34,057 bases of DNA from Trueperaceae bacterium (lineage in GTDB: Bacteria > Deinococcota > Deinococci > Deinococcales > Trueperaceae). This document shows, in pieces, positions 26,570 through 34,057 of the stretch; the stretch's first letter is position 1, and each line of letters begins with the position of its first letter. The notes under the pieces were generated by a model. That model made no database searches. It was given only the letters and a program-made list of their open reading frames with translations, and was not told the origin of the DNA. The stretch spans positions 256,256-290,312 of the forward strand of contig JBBDRK010000049.1 in the NCBI GenBank assembly GCA_040905465.1, given 5' to 3'. Made by a program: the position numbers and the translations under genes.

Positions 26570-27187
26570 ATGAAGCCGTTCAGCATCATCCTGCAGAACC
26601 TGGCAGTGCTGGCCGTGTTCGTGCTGGCCCTCGTCGGCTACGGCTTGTGGCGTTCGGACGCGCGGCTGGTCGACCGCGACCTGCCCGTGCACTATCCGGA
26701 GGCGCCCGCGCGCGGCGCACTGGGCGAAGTGGTGGAGTCCGCTGGCGTCACCGTCACCGTACTGTCGGCCGAGCGGCGGCGCTCCAGCGAGGGAACCGGC
26801 GGCCTGGTTCTCAGCAGTCGGGCAAAGATCGACGACCTGACCGACTTCGTCACGGTGACAGTGGCCGTAAGCAACGGTTCCGATGAGCCGGTCTCGCTCG
26901 ACTATTACGGAACCGGTCAGCGTGCCGACGTGCTGCTGGGAGCTCGCAAGCCCGCCCCGCGCGCGGCGCTGCCGCTACTGCCCAACGACGTGAGGCGCAT
27001 GGGGGCGGCGGAGCCGCTGCCGGCGCGTGTCCTGGAGCCGGGCGAGAGCGTGTCGGGGAGCCTGGTCTACCCCGTCAACCGCCAGGCGAGCGAGCTGGCG
27101 CTGGCCATACTGCCCGCCAGATCCCTGACCGCAACCGGTCACACGCTGCCGTCCTTCGAGATCGACCTGGAGCCGCCGTCCCGTTGA
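26570..27187 (+). CDS. Membrane-anchored hypothetical protein (DUF4352-like Ig fold)
   Basis: N-terminal TM helix; GVTVTV, VTVAVSNGSDEPV, LEPGESVSGSLVY. Confidence 0.65.
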   Translation: MKPFSIILQNLAVLAVFVLALVGYGLWRSDARLVDRDLPVHYPEAPARGALGEVVESAGVTVTVLSAERRRSSEGTGGLVLSSRAKIDDLTDFVTVTVAVSNGSDEPVSLDYYGTGQRADVLLGARKPAPRAALPLLPNDVRRMGAAEPLPARVLEPGESVSGSLVYPVNRQASELALAILPARSLTATGHTLPSFEIDLEPPSR

Positions 27188-27244
27188 GTTGTCACCTTGA
27201 GTTGACGCCGTGGTTCCCGGGGATGCCGGGGCTTGGCGCATCCG

Positions 27245-27443
27245 TGCTAGAATCGTAATTTGCCGCTTTGAGCGGCGAGCCTACGCTGGAGAGAGCGGTA
27301 ACCTCTCGTTTTCGGCACGGGTGGACCGTCCGGGTCCGGAGCGCATGGGAATCGTGTGAACGATCCCCTCGGTGCTGCCCCGGCTTCGCGCCGCCCACAC
27401 CGCCCGGCGGGAGCCGCTACCAGCCTCGAAAAGGAGGTGACAC
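27245..27443 (+). promoter_or_regulatory. rpsF operon extended -10 promoter and structured 5' leader
   Basis: TGcTAGAAT at 27245-27253; several hairpins; GCCGCT motif upstream of SD AAGGAGGTGA (27431-27440). Confidence 0.5.
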
Positions 27444-27791
27444 ATGCCGAATACCGGTCAATACGATCTGAACCTGATCCTCGACCCGAACCTCAGCGAA
27501 CAGCAGCTGCAGACGGAGAAAGAAGCCGTAGCCACGCAGATCGAGCGCGCCACGGGCGAGATCGTCGAGGTAGACGAGTGGGGTTCTCGCCGGCTTTCGT
27601 ATCCGATACGCAAGCTGAACGAAGGCTACTACATAATCTATCGCCTAAACCTGCCGGGCGATAAGCCCAAGGTGATCGAAGCGGCCCTGCGCCAACGTGA
27701 TAACGTCATGCGTGTGCTGGTCGTGAAGGACCGTCCGGAGTGGAGGACAAGAAAGCCCGCCGCTCCTCAGGAAGCACAAGCCACCGATTGA
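27444..27791 (+). CDS. rpsF: 30S ribosomal protein S6
   Basis: YDLNLILDP, WGSRRLSYPI, NVMRVL. Confidence 0.96.
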   Translation: MPNTGQYDLNLILDPNLSEQQLQTEKEAVATQIERATGEIVEVDEWGSRRLSYPIRKLNEGYYIIYRLNLPGDKPKVIEAALRQRDNVMRVLVVKDRPEWRTRKPAAPQEAQATD

Positions 27792-27836
27792 GACCAGCAA
27801 AGAGTCGACCGCGTCGTAACGGCGTAGGAGATGATC

Positions 27837-28673
27837 ATGGCACGAGGACTGAATTACATCTTCCTGGCGGGTACCCTGACCCAGGCTCCGGAGCTGCGCT
27901 ATACGCCCAGTGGTCTGGCCATTCTCGAGTTGAATCTCGGGGGCAACGACCACGTGATCGGCGATGACGATCAGCAGCGCGAGTTGGCTTGGTACCACCG
28001 GGTAACGGTCTTCGGGGCGCAGGCGGAGTCGCTGGCCACCCAGCTCGAGGAGGGCACCCCGGTGTTCGCCGAAGGCAGGCTCGACTATCGCTCGTGGGAG
28101 AGTCAGGACGGCCAGCGCCGCAGTGCGTTGGACGTCAAGGCGACCCGGGTCGAAGTCATCGGCTTCGGCGTGCGGACCGCCGGCTCTAACCCAGAGAGCG
28201 CTACGGTGACCGACGCCAAGGGGCAGCACCGTCTTCGCAACGCCCTCAACGAAGTCATGATCATCGGCAACCTGACCCGTGACGCCGAACTGCGCTACAC
28301 CCCTTCAGGAAGCGCCGTAACGCGCTTCAGCGTGGCGGTCAACGACCGCTTTCGCGACCGCAGCGGCGCCGATCAGGAGCGCACCCACTTCGTGGAAGTG
28401 AACGTGTGGCGCAGCTTGGCCGAGGCGTGCGGCGAGCTGGCCAAGGGAGACGCGGTGTTCGTCACCGGTCGCCTGGTAAAGGATTCCTGGACGGACAAAG
28501 ATGGTAACAGCAGAATTACGACGCGCATCGAAGGGTCGCGCGTCGAGTTCCTGACACGCGGTCCCGGCGTTGGTGGAGCCGGAACCCGCCCGGAGCCAGT
28601 GGCTTCGCGCGCCCAGGCGAGTCAGCTAGATATCGACGAAGAATTTCCACCGGAAGAGGATCTACCCTTCTAA
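27837..28673 (+). CDS. ssb: Single-stranded DNA-binding protein, Deinococcus-Thermus type with two OB folds
   Basis: Two ELRYTPSG repeats; acidic tail FPPEEDLPF; AGGAG 6 nt before ATG 27837. Confidence 0.96.
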   Translation: MARGLNYIFLAGTLTQAPELRYTPSGLAILELNLGGNDHVIGDDDQQRELAWYHRVTVFGAQAESLATQLEEGTPVFAEGRLDYRSWESQDGQRRSALDVKATRVEVIGFGVRTAGSNPESATVTDAKGQHRLRNALNEVMIIGNLTRDAELRYTPSGSAVTRFSVAVNDRFRDRSGADQERTHFVEVNVWRSLAEACGELAKGDAVFVTGRLVKDSWTDKDGNSRITTRIEGSRVEFLTRGPGVGGAGTRPEPVASRAQASQLDIDEEFPPEEDLPF

Positions 28674-28964
28674 ATGGCTAGAGAGAGCAGAGGAAAAGAC
28701 TCACGCGCCAAGGCACGTGACAAGCGGGGAGGGGGCCGTAGAGGCCGTCGACCCAAGGTTTGCCAGTTCTGCACCGGCGACCTCGAAATCACCGCATATC
28801 ACGACAGCAGGATGCTGCGGCGCTACATCAGCGACACCGCCAAGATTCTGCCTCGTCGCCGCACCGGCACGTGCGCCAAACACCAGCGTAGGCTCGCTAC
28901 CACTATCAAACGTGCCCGCATGCTCGCGATAATTCCAATCACGGAGAAGTTGGTCCGCCGATGA
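28674..28964 (+). CDS. rpsR: 30S ribosomal protein S18 (Zn-binding form)
   Basis: CQFC...KILPRRRTGTCAKHQR...IKRAR. Confidence 0.96.
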   Translation: MARESRGKDSRAKARDKRGGGRRGRRPKVCQFCTGDLEITAYHDSRMLRRYISDTAKILPRRRTGTCAKHQRRLATTIKRARMLAIIPITEKLVRR

Positions 28965-29407
28965 ACGTCATCCTGCTCGAGCCGGTCGACAAGGTGGGCG
29001 ACGCGGGCGAGATGGTGAACGTGCGGCCGGGTCACGCCCGTAACTTCCTGATCCCGCAAGGACTGGCTCTGCCGGCAACCGCATCGAATCGGGCGGAGCT
29101 GCAGGCCCGTCTGGCGCAGCGGGCCCGTCAGCTGTCCGCGCGCAAGGGTGATGCCGAGCGGCTGAAGGAGATGCTTGCCGAAGCCGTAATCGAGATCAGG
29201 GTGAGAGCCGGGGAAGAGCGAATCTACGGTTCGGTCGGCAATCGAGACATCGCCGAAGCGGTCAACACCGCATACGACGTCGACATCGATCGTCGCAAGA
29301 TCGACCTTTCCGACCCGATCAAGACGCTGGGCGAATACGCGGTGCCTTACCGGCCCCATCCCGAGGTGCAGATCGACCTGCAGGTGAGGGTCGTAGCCGA
29401 GGACTGA
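28961..29407 (+). CDS. rplI: 50S ribosomal protein L9
   Basis: MNVILLE, VRPGHARNFLIPQGLA, IYGSV, PIKTLGEY. Confidence 0.96.
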   Translation: MNVILLEPVDKVGDAGEMVNVRPGHARNFLIPQGLALPATASNRAELQARLAQRARQLSARKGDAERLKEMLAEAVIEIRVRAGEERIYGSVGNRDIAEAVNTAYDVDIDRRKIDLSDPIKTLGEYAVPYRPHPEVQIDLQVRVVAED

Positions 29408-29446
29408 ACCGATACTCAACTGCGGTTCCCTCGCGGAACCGGCCAG

Positions 29447-29482
29447 ATGCGGGCGACCCCGGTGTATCGGGGTCGCCCGCAT
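29447..29482 (+). terminator. Strong hairpin downstream of rplI
   Basis: Perfect 15-bp stem ATGCGGGCGACCCCG/CGGGGTCGCCCGCAT, 6-nt loop. Confidence 0.65.
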
Positions 29483-29513
29483 GCCGTTCATGGTTCCTTA
29501 TGCGCTATCGCAC

Positions 29514-29617
29514 GCTGTCTTGGCGCGCTGAATAAGCGCACCGACCTCGCGCGCTCACCTCGCGCACTGAATTAGCGCACCGAATTAGCGCAACGACTTC
29601 ACGCGCCGAACTCGCGC
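29514..29617. repeat. Degenerate 13-bp tandem array, 8 copies
   Basis: gctgtcttggcgc, gctgaataagcgc, accgacctcgcgc, gctcacctcgcgc, actgaattagcgc, accgaattagcgc, aacgacttcacgc, gccgaactcgcgc. Confidence 0.85.
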
Positions 29618-29670
29618 ACTTTCGTTTTAGCACTGCCCGGTCCGCCCGGGCCGGTCGTTCGAAAGGCGTG

Positions 29671-32432
<2,762 letters not shown>

Positions 32433-33521
32433 CTATCCTGTACGGAGCGGGACTACCATCGCCAGGTAACCCGGATGAGCCGGGTCTACCATCACGCTCG
32501 GGGCGGTCTCTCGAGATAGCGAGATGCAGACCTGGCCCGAAAGCGGCGACAGCGCGTCGACCAGATACTTTGCGTTGAATGCGACCGCGATCTCGTGGTC
32601 GCTTCCTTCCTGAAGCCCGGATACCGCCTCTTGCGAGCGACCGAACGCCCCCTCGGCGGTAATCTGCATCACCCCGTCCTTGACGAACATGTCGATCCTG
32701 TTGTTGGTGGTCCGGTCGGCCATCAGCGCCACCCGCGAGACAGCTTCCGAAAGCTGCCGGGCGTCGGTGGACACCGTCACCGGAAACGATGACGGGATCA
32801 CCCTCTCGTAGTCGGGGAACGAGCCGTCCATCAGTTTCAGATTGAGTCGCACCGACAAGCTGGCCAGCATGACCTGCCCCTCGCCCACCGCCAGCTTCAC
32901 CGGGCCCTCGTCCAGTATCCGCACAAGCTCTTCGACACTTCGCGCCGGCAGTACCAGGTTCGCGTCCAACCCACTGGTGCTGCTGAGGTGATAGTAGGCG
33001 AGCCGAAATCCGTCACTGGCGACGGCTCTCGTGCGGCCATCACCGAGCTCGAGCTTCACACCCCGAAAGATCGCCTGATAGTCGGCTGTTGCGGCCGCGT
33101 AACGCACGTGTCCCAGGGCAGCCGCGAGTTCCTCCGCGGCAAGCTCGCCGGAGTACTCGGAGCTGAATGTAAGTGCCGGAGCCTGAGCCGCATCGACCAG
33201 TTGCAGCCGGGTCGAATAGGAGCCGGAGACTATCTCCATCTCCTTCTCGTCCAGGCTGAGCTCGACCTGATCCCCGGGAAGGGCACGTACCACCTGGCCG
33301 AAAACCTGAGCCGGCACAGCGACGAGGCCGTCGCCGGACACGTCGGCGTTCACTCTCGCCTCTATGTCGATATCCATGTTGGAGCCGCTGAAGATCAGCG
33401 CATTGTCCGCCATCTCGATGCGGACGAGGCTGAGCCCCGGATTGGAGGAGCGTGCCGGCACAATTCGCTCGACGTGTCCCAGCACGTCGGCGAGTTGGTT
33501 TTTAGATACGTGGACCTTCAT
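32433..33521 (-). CDS. dnaN: DNA polymerase III beta sliding clamp
   Basis: AGGAG + ATG 33521; SDGFRLA, GSFPDYERVIP, AFNAKYLVDAL, MVVPLR. Confidence 0.95.
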   Translation of the reverse strand: MKVHVSKNQLADVLGHVERIVPARSSNPGLSLVRIEMADNALIFSGSNMDIDIEARVNADVSGDGLVAVPAQVFGQVVRALPGDQVELSLDEKEMEIVSGSYSTRLQLVDAAQAPALTFSSEYSGELAAEELAAALGHVRYAAATADYQAIFRGVKLELGDGRTRAVASDGFRLAYYHLSSTSGLDANLVLPARSVEELVRILDEGPVKLAVGEGQVMLASLSVRLNLKLMDGSFPDYERVIPSSFPVTVSTDARQLSEAVSRVALMADRTTNNRIDMFVKDGVMQITAEGAFGRSQEAVSGLQEGSDHEIAVAFNAKYLVDALSPLSGQVCISLSRETAPSVMVDPAHPGYLAMVVPLRTG

Positions 33522-33721
33522 CAAGTCACTCCTGCGGCACTGCCCTGCCGTGCCGCCAAGAGCATAACCTCTGGGCAAGGGTGATGTCTCGCCCTCTCGG
33601 CTCGTGCCCACCCCAGCTGAGTGAAAGGTATCTCCTCCCGGGGTGTCCGGGTTCGGTTCGCGTGGCGATCAGTCAAAGGCAGCGGGGGTGAGAATGTAAG
33701 TCGATCAGAGGGGGAAAGGGA

Positions 33722-33929
33722 GTAATAGTAGGCGCTGTGGAAACTGTGGAAAAGCGGGTTCGAGCCTGTAACCGACGGAAATCCGGGTGGGGAGAACGCT
33801 GTGGATAACACGGCGTCGACTGTGGAGAAGATCCGAAGTTTTCCACACCGATTCACAAGCCCGGAGAGCCGCTGTTCTCCACAGCCCGGTCCACAAGTTT
33901 TCCACACCTTGTAGGCAAGGTTATCCACA
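33722..33929. other. oriC: Chromosomal replication origin oriC (DnaA-box cluster with DnaA-trios)
   Basis: Perfect TTATCCACA at 33800-33808 (rc) and 33921-33929; near matches at 33736, 33745, 33821, 33839, 33875 and 33898; lies upstream of dnaN. Confidence 0.9.
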
Positions 33930-34057
33930 GCCGTCCCGTCGAGGCAGTTTTCGCCGCCACGACATGGGCCAGTTGACGACATGGGCAAATGGAAGGCTAC
34001 CGGCCGGCGGGGTGGCTTCCGGGTATCGCTGAGGCCTCGCCTGTACAGCGGCGGGGT

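Noticed and set aside
27184-27204. TTGAGTTG direct repeat upstream of the rpsF promoter
   Set aside because: Only 8 bp, overlaps a stop codon, and has no supporting context
29514-29617. CRISPR array interpretation of the repeat
   Set aside because: Units are 13 bp, contiguous and spacer-free, and there are no cas genes in the window
33930-34057. 3' end of dnaA
   Set aside because: Expected from synteny, but no recognisable DnaA coding sequence lies within the window

Overview
High-GC bacterial chromosome segment next to the replication origin, most likely Deinococcota (Truepera-like). The evidence is the double-OB-fold SSB ending FPPEEDLPF, the oriC-dnaN-eno-pyk order and several leaderless -10 promoters. 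In order it holds: a PhnD-like binding protein, a HAD-IIA phosphatase and an S8 lipoprotein protease; a translationally coupled heme operon (hemA-hemC-hemD-hemB-sensor kinase-OmpR-family regulator-hemE-hemF-SDR-hemH); an NHL/Ig lipoprotein, a collapsed Gfo/Idh/MocA pseudogene and an EEP hydrolase; a caa3-type oxidase operon with a CtaG-CoxII-cytochrome c fusion; tag and hemY; rpsF-ssb-rpsR-rplI; a 13-bp tandem array; pyk-eno-dnaN; and oriC with DnaA boxes and DnaA-trios. The most notable features are a ferrochelatase nearly colinear with animal/fungal mitochondrial FECH, including its [2Fe-2S] Cys ligand pattern, and a two-component system inside the heme operon with an OmpR/PhoB-style direct repeat at the operon promoter. 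Several operon junctions are bridged by tiny ORFs overlapping both neighbours. All family assignments are motif-based and from memory; no searches were run.
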